Shown: positions 23,237-35,998, counted from the first letter of the whole stretch. The stretch is 63,432 nucleotides of DNA, filler included, from Asterionella formosa (GCA_002256025.1; 29 parts of 29 records of this genome joined end to end with filler, not necessarily neighbours in it), one strand, 5' to 3'. A program made the numbers and translations. The notes: generated by a model from the letters alone, not told the origin.

Positions 23237-23338
23237 NNNNNNNNNNNNNNNNNNNNNNNNNNNNNNNNNNNNNNNNNNNNTTAATTAATTAANNNNNNNN
23301 NNNNNNNNNNNNNNNNNNNNNNNNNNNNNNNNNNNNAT

Positions 23339-24361
23339 CAATTCTTTATCCTTTGTCATCTGGCTCTGGAGGCTGAAACGAAAGTTAAAAAGAGGAAGGC
23401 GAAATGGGAGCATGAGAGAATGTCATGGCATTCTCATGTCAAGAAGCTGTGTCATGAGGACGCATTTGAAAAGACTTATAGAATGTCCCTTCGAGCCTTT
23501 AAGAAGTTGGTTTACTTGCTGGAGAGTGATGTCATTGGGAATTTCTCCAAGTGCGGTACAGCTACTCCCATTTACCCAGAAATTGTGCTGGCCATTGGCA
23601 TTCGATGGTTGGCTGGAAGCAGCTACATTGACATTCGTCATGCCTATGGATGTAGCATAGCTTCAATCTATAGATGCCGAGATTTATTTCTTGAAGCCGT
23701 GCTTAACTGTGATTATCTGAAAATTATATTTCCTAAAACAAGGAGTGATTTGGTGAAATTGGCTATAGCCTTTGAACAAAAGAGCACAGAAGGGTTGATC
23801 AGAGGGTGTCTTGGTGCTATTGATGGTTTTTTAGCCACAATTAGTCGCCCCACGCTACGTGACTGTGGAAACAATCCAGGAGATTTTTATTCTGGACATT
23901 ACATGACTTATGGTATCAATGTTCAGGCTATCTGTGATGTTGAGAGTAGATTTATATTTTTTGGGGTGATTGCTCCTGGACGATGCAGTGATCAAGTTGC
24001 ATTTCAGAGAACTGCTCTACCCAACAAAACTGGCTTGGAAACAACTGCAAAAGTGCTTGAGGTATGTGCACGTTTGCACAATTATGTCATAGACGAAAAT
24101 AAAGTTGAAAAGGATATTTCTGGGTTACCTGGAAGTGATGAGGCAGATGACATCCAGGAGATTTTAGCTGAAATCACCCCAGTCTACAATTCTCCACTTG
24201 GTTGGGGATATTTGCCAACGGTTGAGAAATTGGATGTAATGCCTGGTACTTCTGTCATTCGAGATGTTATTCTTGAAAGAATTGCTAAAATGGGTTTGCA
24301 AAGACCTCCAGGTAATATTGAAAGAAAAAGGTTGGAATTACATGAATTAAATTTAATGTAG
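23339..24361 (+). mobile_element. PIF/Harbinger transposase (HARBI1-like), internally deleted
   Basis: FEKTYRMS..AF, LAIGIRWLAGSSY, GCLGAIDG, FYSGHY..YGINVQAICD...F, PG..SD, LHNYVID. The GDxAY and RxxIExAFG blocks are absent. Frame is open from the contig start. Confidence 0.9.
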
Positions 24362-24670
24362 ANNNNNNNNNNNNNNNNNNNNNNNNNNNNNNNNNNNNNN
24401 NNNNNNTTAATTAATTAANNNNNNNNNNNNNNNNNNNNNNNNNNNNNNNNNNNNNNNNNNNNCCAAGCTCATGCATCATTTGGAGAAACCACTTGAGCTT
24501 CAAGGAATTTTCAATCAAGTCTACGGAGAAGGGAGCAGGTTCTGAAGGGAAGGATGCCTTCATTCTGGTGGGATTTAGAAGAATTTGAAAAGTACGCAGT
24601 ATGAGATTATAGATCGATTTTTGATCTGTTTTATGAGCAACATCGTGCGAACCAGAATCTTTCAATCAAC

Positions 24671-25044
24671 ATGAGACACGACTTAAGAAAGTGCTCCATT
24701 TCTTTTCGACCTCGTCAAGGTGACTCCTTTATCAGCGACGGTGTGCAAACCAGAATCTTTGAATCTGAATCTGAATCCTCGTTGTTGTCTCGTCGCGTCC
24801 CTGACGAGGCACGACGACTTCGTTTCTCACGCGATGATAGTACCAGGTACCCATACATAAGTATCCGTTGTCTGTGATATTGCTTATCTCCGGGATGGTA
24901 CCGGTACTAGGTACCTGGTAGTGGTAGGAGTACCTGGTAACTTACCAATATTCTTGCCCATGACATACCGTAAATACCGTAGCCGTGCTATGATACACGA
25001 CTTAAGAAAGTGCTCCATTTCTTTTCGACCTCGTCAAGGTGACT
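24671..25044 (+). repeat. 55-bp direct repeat (24671-24725 and 24990-25044)
   Basis: ATGA(G/T)ACACGACTTAAGAAAGTGCTCCATTTCTTTTCGACCTCGTCAAGGTGACT occurs twice with 1 mismatch. Confidence 0.9.
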
Positions 25045-25588
25045 GCTGAAAGTAAGACACGACCGAGGGTGGAGACTGCCTGCGAGTTTTCTTGTGTTCG
25101 AGGCTTGGGAGGCGATTTCCTTGTAGGTTGACCGATTCTTACGAGTAGGCAGAACCTAGGCAATTCAAAAACTAGCTATCGGCGCGCTTTTCGCCACTAC
25201 ATTGCCCTTTCTGGTAACATTGAAATCCTATTTTATATAGTTTGTATGTTGGATGCGAACTAGTAGACAATTGCCCTTCACATAAAACATATATTGTAAA
25301 TTTCATATGTAGCGCTTTTGGATTACTCAATCCTGCAATTGCCTTTCCGTTTTCAAAACGATTACGAGTTGTTCCCATTCCTTTACAGTTAACGCAGTAT
25401 CGAGTGTTTGTGGCGAAATCTTGATATTTGGGTCAATTTTCGCCAGTAAAATGCAATGCTCGATCAAAGACGGTCCATACTGATAGACNNNNNNNNNNNN
25501 NNNNNNNNNNNNNNNNNNNNNNNNNNNNNNNNTTAATTAATTAANNNNNNNNNNNNNNNNNNNNNNNNNNNNNNNNNNNNNNNNNNNN

Positions 25589-26614
25589 CTAACGGTGTCA
25601 AGCGGCGGAGACAGACGACTCAAGGGTGGCAACTCCTGTGCCAATGGAGGGACGGGAGTACCACTTGGGTCGCACTTAAGGATATGAAGCAATCGTATCC
25701 CATACAGGTGGCGGAGTACTCAATTGCTAATCGTATTGATGACGAGGCGGCGTTTGCGTGGTGGGTGCCGACTCTTCTAAAGAAACGGGACCGAGTCCTA
25801 GCAAAGGTAAAGTCTAAGTATTGGCAGCGAACTCACAAATACGGTATACGGATACCGAAGTCCGTCGAAGAGGCGTTTGCGATTGATAAAGCCAATGGTA
25901 ACACATTATGGTGGGACGCCATCTGCAAGGCAATGAAAAACGTGCGACCGGCATTCGAAAAGTGGGAAAAGCGAGAGGGAGACCTTCCGCCAGGGTACCA
26001 AAAGATAAGGTGCCATTTCGTGTTCAACATCAAAATGGGCGAAAACTTTCGGCGTAAGGCGAAAAGCCGGAAAATTACCTGGGAGCCCAGGTAATGCAGA
26101 AAATAGTCGGTGGAGTTGAGTGTTGGGCCATGACTTCGGAGCAGTATGTCAAGGCAACCATCGCCAAAATAGAGTTCAACCTCGACGAGTCGGGTCAGCG
26201 GCTTCCGACGAGGTGCACTACCCCATTGCAGGGGAATTATAGACCGGAACTGGGTACCTCTGCCGAACTCAAGATTGAAGGCGTGAGATACTACCAGGAA
26301 CTGATCGGCGTGCTCCGCTGGGCAGTGGAGCTTGGACAAATAGACATTGCTATGAAGGTTTCTATGTTATCTACTCACCTAGCATTGCCGAGAAGCGGAC
26401 ACTAACAGCAGGTATATCACATGTTCGGATTTTTGAAAGCGAAACCTAAGAGGACATTGATCTTTGATCTGACACACCCCGATATAGACGAATCCAGGTT
26501 TGTTAAATGCGATTGGCACGACTTTTACAGGGGAGCGCAGGAGTCTATTCCAGGGGACGCACCCGAGCCCAGAGGTAATGTTGTAACTACTCACTGTTTT
26601 GTGGATGCGGATCA
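25589..26614 (+). mobile_element. Degenerate CoDi Ty1/copia pol fragment (chromo-like segment, RT with core deleted, start of RNase H)
   Basis: TTQGWQLLCQWRDGSTTW, VAEY...AFAWWVP, THKYGIRIP, CHFVFNIKMGENFRRKA fused directly to EKPENYLGA, then YQELIGVLRW and HCFVDAD. In-frame stop at 26403-26405. Confidence 0.92.
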
Positions 26615-26715
26615 NNNNNNNNNNNNNNNNNNNNNNNNNNNNNNNNNNNNNNNNNNNNTTAATTAATTAANNNNNNNNNNNNNNNNNNNNNNNNNNNNNN
26701 NNNNNNNNNNNNNNG

Positions 26716-27739
26716 GCCGGGCAGGGCGGCAGCCAGATCAAGATCCGCGGCGGCGATAGCTGGCTGCTCGCCAACGTGCGCGACCAGCGCAAGGACCGCC
26801 GCACCGAAGGCGGGATCATCGCCAATATCGACTTCCTCGGCGAAGGCGGCGAGGAGAAGCTGACGGGCCGCATCCACGGCTTCAAGCGCGGCGTCACCCG
26901 CTATCCCATTCCCGGCGCGATGGTCTATCCGGCCACCACCAAGGATCTGGAACAGATCTACGCCAGCGACGGGCGCGCCAGCATCACCATCGGCAAGGTG
27001 TTCCCGACCAAGGACATCCGCGCCGGCCTGTATATCGACGCGATGCTGGGCAAGCACTTCGCGCTGCTCGGCTCGACCGGGACGGGCAAATCGACCAGCG
27101 CCGCGCTGATCCTGCACCGCATCTGCGAGGCCGCGCCCAAGGGTCACATCGTGATGATCGACCCGCACGGCGAATATGCCGCCGCGTTCCGCACCACCGG
27201 CCAGATCCTCGACGTTTCCAACCTGCAGATGCCCTACTGGCTGATGAACTTCGAGGAGCACTGCGAAGTGCTGCTGTCGAGCAGCGGCAACGAGCGGCAG
27301 ATGGACGCGGACATTCTCGCCAAGTGCCTGCTCGCCGCGCGCACCAAGAACCGGCTGGCGCAGGTGATGGGCAAGATCACGGTGGATTCGCCGATCCCCT
27401 ACCTGCTCTCCGATTTCGGCAACATCCTTCAGGACGAGATGGGCCGCCTCGAAAAGGCGACCTCGACCGCTCCCTATATGCGGATCAAGAGCAAGCTCGA
27501 CGAAATCAAGGCCGATCCGCGCTACCAGTTCATGTTCTCCGGCATGCTGGTCGGCGACACGATGGTCGACTTCATCAGCAAGGTCTTCCGCATGCCGGGC
27601 AACGGCAAGCCGATCTCGATCATCGACGTTTCGGGCGTGCCGTCCGACATCACCTCGACCGTGGTCGCAGTGCTAAGCCGCCTTGTGTTCGACTTCGCGA
27701 TCTGGGGCCGTGACGAAAAGACCCGCCCCGTGCTGCTCG
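26716..27739 (+). CDS. Bacterial HerA-like P-loop ATPase (DUF87/DUF853-type), partial; probably from a co-assembled alphaproteobacterium
   Basis: KHFALLGSTGTGKS (Walker A), IDPHGEY, LQMPYWL. Very GC-rich with G/C third positions, unlike all other contigs. No introns. Confidence 0.9.
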
Positions 27740-27839
27740 NNNNNNNNNNNNNNNNNNNNNNNNNNNNNNNNNNNNNNNNNNNNTTAATTAATTAANNNNN
27801 NNNNNNNNNNNNNNNNNNNNNNNNNNNNNNNNNNNNNNN

Positions 27840-28056
27840 GAAAAGTCAAATGAATTATTTGAAACATCAACTAATTCAGTCTCGCGTTCAAAATTCATTG
27901 TGAAAACTTCACATGAAACAGTTAAAACTTCACATGAAACCGTTAAAAGTAATCTTTTTTACGTGAAGAGTGGCATTAATGCATGTGAAGTACCACATAA
28001 TTAACACTCATACGTAGACGAAATTTCGAAAAGTGGCGTATTTCGCGTCTTAGATG
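27840..28056 (-). mobile_element. Terminus (end type B) of the unclassified TIR DNA transposon
   Basis: Ends ...GTATTTCGCGTCTTAGATG. Exact reverse complement of 44100-44316. Contains a 21-bp tandem AAAACTTCACATGAAAC(A/C)GTT x2. Confidence 0.85.
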
Positions 28057-29831
28057 TGCAACCACAAGATATCAATTTAACATGAACTCAGTGATGTTAG
28101 CCAGGATTAATTCAAAATGAAAGAAGAAACAGATAATAAGTGGCTGTTGATTCAATTTAAGAATGTATGATTTACAATCTACCTTAATCATATATTAGTG
28201 CACCAGACTGACAATGACATTGAAAGCAATCAAACGAAGATCACCCCTTCAATTGATGGTAAGTCTCTCTGATTTAGGATTTTCCTCATTTACTTTCACA
28301 CTTAATGTAGAGATTGCACTCTTGTTTGACAAGGAGTCACTCTGTTTTGGAATTGTACTCAAATAATTTCACTGGCACACTTTCCACAACAGAGTTTGGA
28401 ATCTTGAAAAGTGGCTCATTTCAGGATTGTTCTCCAATCCTTCCTCCTCTGACACACTTCCCACATAGCTTGGAATCTTGACTAGTCATTTATATTTCTT
28501 GCTGGGAGTTGACAGAAACTCCCAAGTACGAAAAGTCACGTACAAAGACTGTGTTTTATTTAAAATCGACCTTGCATCAAGTTTTTCAAAAAGCACGCAA
28601 AATAACGCAAGAAATCACATGTCCGGGTTTCCCGTTCTTTTGCGAACTTTTGCGGTCTTTTAAGAGCTTTTCGTTCGAACTCTTCCAGTGTGACTACCAG
28701 GTACATAAGATATCTTGCCGTGTACTGAAACAGATGTTTATATTGCCCCTGGATGTTAAATGCATGCCATGACAGAGCTCTAACTCGCTTTGACGAATTG
28801 ATAGTCCTCCTGCATACTTTTCAAGAAGTACGTGAACATCGCAAAAGAACGCGAAGCAACTTCTCAGAAGTATGCACGACTAGAATTTCGCATGATATTT
28901 GGAAAATAAACAGCGAGGTCTGTACATGATACACATGAAGTAGTTTTCCGCATAGCGAGGAAGTACGGAGTTTCCCGTACCTCCCTGGCGGGTTACAGGA
29001 CAAGAAATTCATAGAGCATCCATAATATTGAACCAAGAAATCCTTGGATTATGTTGTTGCTGCTATTTCTTCTTTATCCTAGTATATATCATGCATTCTA
29101 AATATAATACCGGTAGACTACTCTTTAACTAGGTATGATACAATGAAGTAAAGGAAAGTGGAAACACAGTATGAACAGCTGGCTGCAGTGCAAATCCCGA
29201 TGAACCCAAACATCAGACACAGAGAAAAATGTTTATCAAATGTTTCAATTCTACTCTATAAATTAATTTCATGCCCTGTCATTGGTTTTACTGCTGGTAG
29301 CAGTTGGCTGTCTGCTATAAATCCATAGGTTCAACATACATACCAGTATGTATTGGTTATACTTATTTCAACCATACTGCCATGCCTGTTCACCATGGAA
29401 TGACTACCTACCTGTGTACTGCTGTTTAAGTTCACTAGACCTCATTCGAAAAGGGACCTAAACTGGCTTTTCAATTCATTCTACAGGACATTTAGATTAA
29501 TCAAGTTGTAAAACTTCCCATGCAATAAGATTTCAGTTCATGCAGCACCTCATTACTTCCTGCTTTCCTCAGTAGGATCACTTGCGAGGTCCAGGTAGTA
29601 GGCCAAACACACAGAGGTCCGTTGTCATACGTCAATAAATATGCATATATATTACCGGTATATATGCGGTATTTGGTTTACGGCACTGCGAGTACGTTTA
29701 ACATATATTTTAAACATCAAAAGCAAGGGCACTCGCTCACTCCTTTGTCTGTACGTGGTTACATTACAATCCATCTACCGGTACTCGGAGTACAAAATAA
29801 TCAAATTGACAATGGGCGGCATGGCAACAAG

Positions 29832-31034
29832 ATGCTAAAACTCAAGAAGCCACCGGTGAGAACGTTTACTTCCCCCAATTTTTTCTTGTTGCTTCTTGTT
29901 GTGGGCACGATTGTACTCATTCGATGGACGGATAGGGCCACGGACTTCTCCGTTTGCTCGTCTCCCGGTGTACCCAGCAGTCAAATCTTCGTCGGATGCA
30001 TCGAGAGCCGCGCCGATGGAACTTCGATGAAGTCGTCATCGCCGTTCGAAGCCTTGGAGGGACCAGGGTATAGAATTTTCCGTCCATTTGACATTTCTGG
30101 CGATCTTATTCAGACAGAGCGCTTGTTGGCACCTCCAGAAGTATGGATCGCCCAAATCAAGAGGAAATACGAGCGAATGGATCCAATCACTAATAATCGG
30201 AACCAAGAGCGATCTGTTCAGGAACGATCCAAAAGCGCATATCTAGAAATGCTCAAAGAGTTCGTTTCTGGTGTCATTTATGGAAAGGAAGAAATGTCTG
30301 TCTGGCCATCGCTAGGAAATGAATTACTTTCTGTTGTGAATTTCAATCAAAGCAACCGGGTCAGAGGCCTCGACTGGACCTACCTTGGAAGTACAATGAC
30401 TGGTTTAGAACGAATTAATAATGTTCAAAAATTGATTTCACAAGTAGTGCAAGACAATGTACCTGGAGACTACCTTGAAGCTGGAGTTTGGCGAGGTGGC
30501 TCGTCCGTCTTTGCAAGGGGCGTCTTGAGGGCGTTGAATCAAGGCCAGCGCAAGAGCTATGTCTGTGACTCATTTAGAGGTCTCCCACCTGGCAACAAGC
30601 AATTGCACCCACATGACACGAACTGGGATAACACTCCCTATCTTGAGGTGTCGGAAATGGATGTAGCAACCTCATTTCGCGAGGCGAGCTTGTTGGACGA
30701 GAATGACATTTTCGTGAAAGGGTTTTTCAATGATAGCTTGAAACCCCTTGCCCAAAAGGTTGGATCCATGGCCATTCTACGGTTGGACAGCGACCTTTAT
30801 GAATCGACGGTGGATATTCTGTATCATTTTTATGATAAACTTTCCGTTGGAGGGTATGTCATAGTGGACGACTGGGATGGCTTCCCGAGTAAGGTTGCTT
30901 GCGAAGACTTTTTGGCTGTGCACAAGGTTGAGCCAGAGTTTGTTAGGATTGATGAAATTTCCGTCTATTGGCAAAAAACAGAACAAGTCAAAATTCAGTA
31001 CTGGCGGTATGCAGAATCCACCTTCACGACATGA
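29832..31034 (+). CDS. TylF/MycF/NovP-family O-methyltransferase with N-terminal membrane anchor
   Basis: GLDW....STMTGLERINN, VPGDYLEAGVWRGGS, VCDSFRGLP, FVKGFFNDSL, AILRLDSDLYEST, GGYVIVDDW. Start placed at MLKLKKPP, before TM segment FFLLLLVVGTIVLI. Confidence 0.92.
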   Translation: MLKLKKPPVRTFTSPNFFLLLLVVGTIVLIRWTDRATDFSVCSSPGVPSSQIFVGCIESRADGTSMKSSSPFEALEGPGYRIFRPFDISGDLIQTERLLAPPEVWIAQIKRKYERMDPITNNRNQERSVQERSKSAYLEMLKEFVSGVIYGKEEMSVWPSLGNELLSVVNFNQSNRVRGLDWTYLGSTMTGLERINNVQKLISQVVQDNVPGDYLEAGVWRGGSSVFARGVLRALNQGQRKSYVCDSFRGLPPGNKQLHPHDTNWDNTPYLEVSEMDVATSFREASLLDENDIFVKGFFNDSLKPLAQKVGSMAILRLDSDLYESTVDILYHFYDKLSVGGYVIVDDWDGFPSKVACEDFLAVHKVEPEFVRIDEISVYWQKTEQVKIQYWRYAESTFTT

Positions 31035-31826
31035 CAACCATAATTCAGCTTTGGTTTTGGAGGCTGGCAATATAGATTGGAATGGTGGAAAGGATGCTAA
31101 TGAGCAAGAGTGATGGTAAGCTCTTGGAATTTAGCAACATGTTTACGATTGTATGTCAATGAGTGATAGCAATATTGCGTTGTCATTTCAGGCTGGGATG
31201 CATCGCTTGTTTTAACATTAAAAGAGAAGTCCAAGCGCACTACTGCAGGCAATTCCAATATCAAAGTCTACGATGTACATCACTTCCACTATCATGCCAT
31301 TGTAAATGAACCTTTTTTGCTGTCCCATGGTTCAGGCAATTTGACAAACCCACTGAAGCGACAAAAAGCTGTTTTGTCTAATATTTGACTATTTTGAGTC
31401 GCATCTAGAAGGCTCCAGCAATCACGTCCTCGTTGGATATTCGATACCGGTAGTTAATCAATAAGAGCAGGAAACATGTAATCTAGACACCTTTGCAATA
31501 TCAAGAGGTTTTATGTACGATTATGATTATTTCATTGCATGCTATGGACGTATCTTGCTTATTGCTGTCGATGTCGGGTGCTCGAACACTCAAGTTCATG
31601 CATAATTCATTGTCAAAATATATGCATCCTTGTGTTACAGCATCTCTACTACAAATGAACATATTATAAAAAGGGAAGAAAATCTAGGAAAATCAAGGGG
31701 AAAGATCAGCAAAGCAAAGTAAATAGTATCAGGTTGCTCAATTGTTCAATACCCATTGGGTAGTACCTAAGGGACCCCACCAAGCACTCTCATCGAACGA
31801 ACCATTCCCCCCGTAAACGTGTCTTT

Positions 31827-33095
31827 CTATCCTCTCCAGCCTTCTTGCACGGGGGCATCGAATTGATTCGCTACTTCGTCCAGAACCCACGGGTGATCTT
31901 TTATTTCACAGAGTGACAATCGATCTCGCGGGTTTTTCATCAGCATCTTTTGTAGCAAGTCTGCAGCTGCGGCACTGACGGGCCTTTGCCAGCTAGCCAA
32001 CATTCTCGTAAGTCCTCCTTGAATAACCATTCTATAGCGAGGGTCCTCTTCACGGGCAAACTCCCATGGCGGCAACCCAACCAACATTATGAACAAAATG
32101 ACTCCAGCTGCCCATAAATCAATTGCAAACCCATCAAAAGGTTCGTTGCTATTGAGAATCTCTGGTGAGATATAATTTGGTTTTCCACAGGGTATCATCG
32201 GCTGCATCAGCAGTCTTAGGTTTCCGCAACTCACGTCAACCGCTGTTCCGTCATCAGAAGCATACGGGACGCGAAGACACATTCCCAAGTCAATCACAAC
32301 TGATGTCTTATATTCATCCACCAGGATATTCTCTAATGACAAATCACGATGGCAAATCCCCATCTTTTGCAAATGAGTTAGTCCCTGTGGTTCGAAGAGG
32401 AGCAGTTGGTATCAAAAATGATGAGAAACCGTGACAAAGAAAAGTAACCCCAAAGAACGGAGCAATTCGTATTTCTAAAGAAAAGAAATAACCACATAAC
32501 TTACCTCAAGGATTTGTTTAAACCAATATCTTGCCAAAGGTTCAGGAAAGCGACCTTCTTGCTGCACGAAACCAAACAGGTCTCCGGAGGAGCAAAATGG
32601 CATAAACATGAGCAAATATTCTTCGTCTTGAAGCACATCAAGTGTCCCCATCACGTGAGGATGAGTTCCACCTTTGGAGACGAACTGCATAGCGGCGACC
32701 TCCTTCTGAGGATCTTCAATGTGCCTCAGTTCCCTGATCTTTTGCCACGACATGATTTTAACTGCCGCTTTATGCTCCGTAACCTCCCAAGGGACTTTAA
32801 GATCGTGTCTGAATTTGAGAATAGTACATGCTTTGACAACCCCAAAGATGCACTTTTTCAGCTTCCGCCCAACCCAATAAGCGCGTTCCGGAGGCCTTCC
32901 ATCAGGATGCCGTTCATATATGATGTTTGATACTTCCAGGACATCATGAGTGTCCGGATTGTAGACCGCTGCATCCACCCTTTCCGCCAAACCAATATTG
33001 CCAATGTCGAAGGGCAGCGGAGAAGCAGCAGGGCCATTTTCCTCAATGTCTTCGAAGGCTGCTGAAGCGTTTTCAAGGAATGCTAGCTCATCCAT
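31827..33095 (-). CDS. Ser/Thr protein kinase (CAMK-like), 2 exons
   Basis: Exons 33095-32505 and 32384-31827; intron 32385-32504 is GT-AG, phase 0. AVKIM, HRDLSLEN, IDLGMC, CGKPNYISPE, DLWAAGVIL. Confidence 0.93.
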
Positions 33096-34844
33096 GGTGA
33101 AAGACTACCGATAAGCGAAGATAAATTCTCTCTAGATTATCGAGCTTACGAGCGGGATGAACAACTCTCAACTCCAGTTTTCCTATTCGCACCAAAGGGA
33201 ACTTAGGGGAGGAAAATGTATAGATTCCGGTTTCCTTGGTACCTGGTACCTGGAGCACATAAATTGTTTGGTAAATAATGCTGATTTTGTATGCGCTGCC
33301 CCATTTAACGTACTGGTACATGGTTATGATATTACCGGGTGGCGCGAAAATAAAAATGCATACACCAAATGATACGCACCGCTGCCTCTAGCTGACATGT
33401 GGTACTGGGTACCAACAGCCAACCACCATAGGAAACATCGGAAATGATCTTGGCACGACCTCAAGCAGAATGCACGCACAGGTGTGTACTGTCCGTGGAC
33501 TGGGAAGAAAAGGACGGTGCCACGTACACATTCAACAATACCCGTAGTCAAAAATTTCCCTTCCCGAATCGGCAAAAACTTGTTAACGTATTTTCCCGGC
33601 TATTTCTGACAGGGCCAGTCAATAAAACCCTATGTGAGTACCGGTACCTGGTACCGCTGTACTTTTTCTGACGATTACATCCCTGTAGAAATCGTCGGTC
33701 AATTTTTGATTTCAGCACATGAAAACTTGTCGTTACGGATAGGATTCGGATGCCAAGGCAATAAGTAGCATCGTAAAAGTTGTCGTGCATAACTACATGC
33801 GGCTAAATAAATGGTTTCTCTCCTACCGGTACCTGCAAGTTGCGGTCATTTTGCTTAAATCAACAATCAAAATTACAGCAACTTGCTGGTACTCTCAGTC
33901 ATTTTAAAATGGAATATTACCCCTCCGTAGCAAACCGGACAACTATGACTTTCTGAAAAATGAAATTCACTGATGGTTAATGGTTACCGTTCCTAGAGGT
34001 TGCGGTTCGTGCGAGTCACACCATATCTAAAGTGGTTACCAGTCATGTACCGGTAAGGTTCCTGCATTTCAACCCTAGATTGGAGATAGGGTTAAATTAT
34101 AATATTGATTCAGACTAATCAAACAAGTACTTTTCACGTCTAAAATAAAAATATGTTTATCGCTACTCAGAGCTTTCACCATTGGACACCATTTCCATAT
34201 GCTTAGGTACAGTTTTTGATCAAAGTAAGAGTATAGTTCAACACTATATAATGTCAGTATATAGGTTATGGCCAGAAACTGCAGAAAGGAACCTCGGTTT
34301 TTAACTATGCATTCTGAAAATAGTGGAGTTTACCTGTTTATTTGGACACGTAAATTTCATTGCTGCATTGTCAGCATCAGGCAACAAAAACAAAAATCGT
34401 CACCACATGTAATCCTATATGCGTAATCTATCCAATCTTCTGGTAGAGTTTGGATATTGCACAATATTTGTTTGTTGGAGGATAGAGCTTTGGTGGAGGC
34501 CTGCTTGTTGGAAAAGTAAAGATGGTGGAGGAGAAGGTACAAAGCAATCCCATTGCGGCTGGTATCAGAGATGTCACAATCCTCGGCGCCTTCATTGTTG
34601 ATTGTCAAATATCATTGCTGGAATGTCCTCTAGTGATATGCTTGTCTTCTTTCACAAACCTCCTGAAGTAGGCACAATTTGCAATTTATTGCAACATGAA
34701 GACATACTACAGAAGGGAAGAAAGAGAAAATAATCTCGGCAATGGAGTCTTGGGTGTATCTTTGATCCATCATCATGCTTGGATACTAGAGCGGCGATTC
34801 GGAATTGCTTTATGGGAAATAGGCTGTGAGGTGCAGGTGGATAT

Positions 34845-34927
34845 ACTTAGAAGCAAATTTGCCTGTTGTCCCATGAGGTGTCCAACTTAGAAGCAAATTT
34901 GCCTGTTGTCCCGCCATGAGGTGTCCA
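34845..34927 (+). repeat. 40-bp tandem duplication
   Basis: ACTTAGAAGCAAATTTGCCTGTTGTCCC(GCC)ATGAGGTGTCCA x2. Confidence 0.9.
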
Positions 34928-35764
34928 GCCATATCCAACAATCTTCCGATGTCACCATTAGTTAGGAGGACAAACTATTCTCTCTATATATTCTTAGAAA
35001 TTGAATTTAAAAATAGCCTTGCAAGTTTTAATCAATGCATCTACTCCTCCTTGATTCACAACAGCAGCTGTATTGATTGGTATTGTTGGCAAAAGCAACC
35101 ATGATGGACCTATCAATTTGTTGCAACAAACCGGCATGCACGTCTCCATGATGTTACCACCAACTTTGGCGGTTCCGACATCAAAGGAGGGGGGTCATGA
35201 AAAATTAAAATATTCGACCATAGAGAAAAGTGAAGAAATGAAAATTAAAAAATTTCTTCGATAAATTTCTTCGATAACCATTGGCCTACATGAAGTTCCT
35301 GTAGAAGACATTCCAGGGCAAATTTTCCATCCTTCACCAGGACTGCTGCATGTGATACTTCTAAAAATCAAATTAATACGACAAAGCTAGTGACTCTCCA
35401 AATACCATGATGGTAACTTTTGAGAACATAATGGATCTAAAAACAACCTTTAGAGGCAACAATCCTGTTTATTTGCCTTCATTGGAGACCATATACGATT
35501 ATAATGGTTATCGGGTGAGTTTGTCTTTACAAAATTAGGGAAGTATATTGGGACAAGAATTTACTACTAGCGTCGTTACGTATTTTTTATGTATCATGTT
35601 ACACAATCAAATTAAATCGAGAGTGAAGTGACAATGTAATGAAATATCATACTAGCTAACAATCTATTTTATATGACTTCATAGATATGATTATCATTCT
35701 AGCTGTTGTTGGTGCTTGCCAGTGATATCTTCCGGTACCACTGCCATCACGGTGCTTGCATTCA

Positions 35765-35998
35765 TGTTGTTTGTTGTTTGTTACTTGTTGATTGTTGATT
35801 GTTGTTTGTTGATTGTTGATTGTTGATTGTTACTTGTTGATTGTTGTTTGTTGTTTGTTGATTGTTGATTATTGATTGTTGATTGTTGATTGCTGATTGC
35901 TGATTGTTGATTGTTGATTGCTGCTTGTTGCTTGCTGCTTGTTGCTTGTTGCTTGTTTTTTGTTGTTTGTTGCTTTTTTTAGTTGTTTTTTGTTGTTG
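35765..35998. repeat. Degenerate 7-bp microsatellite (TTGTTGA/TTGTTGC)n
   Basis: Directly visible run of about 230 bp. Confidence 0.95.

Noticed and set aside
23337..27739. Apparent cluster of Harbinger, copia RT and HerA ATPase as a novel system
   Set aside because: Each is on a separate contig, and the HerA contig is from a different organism.
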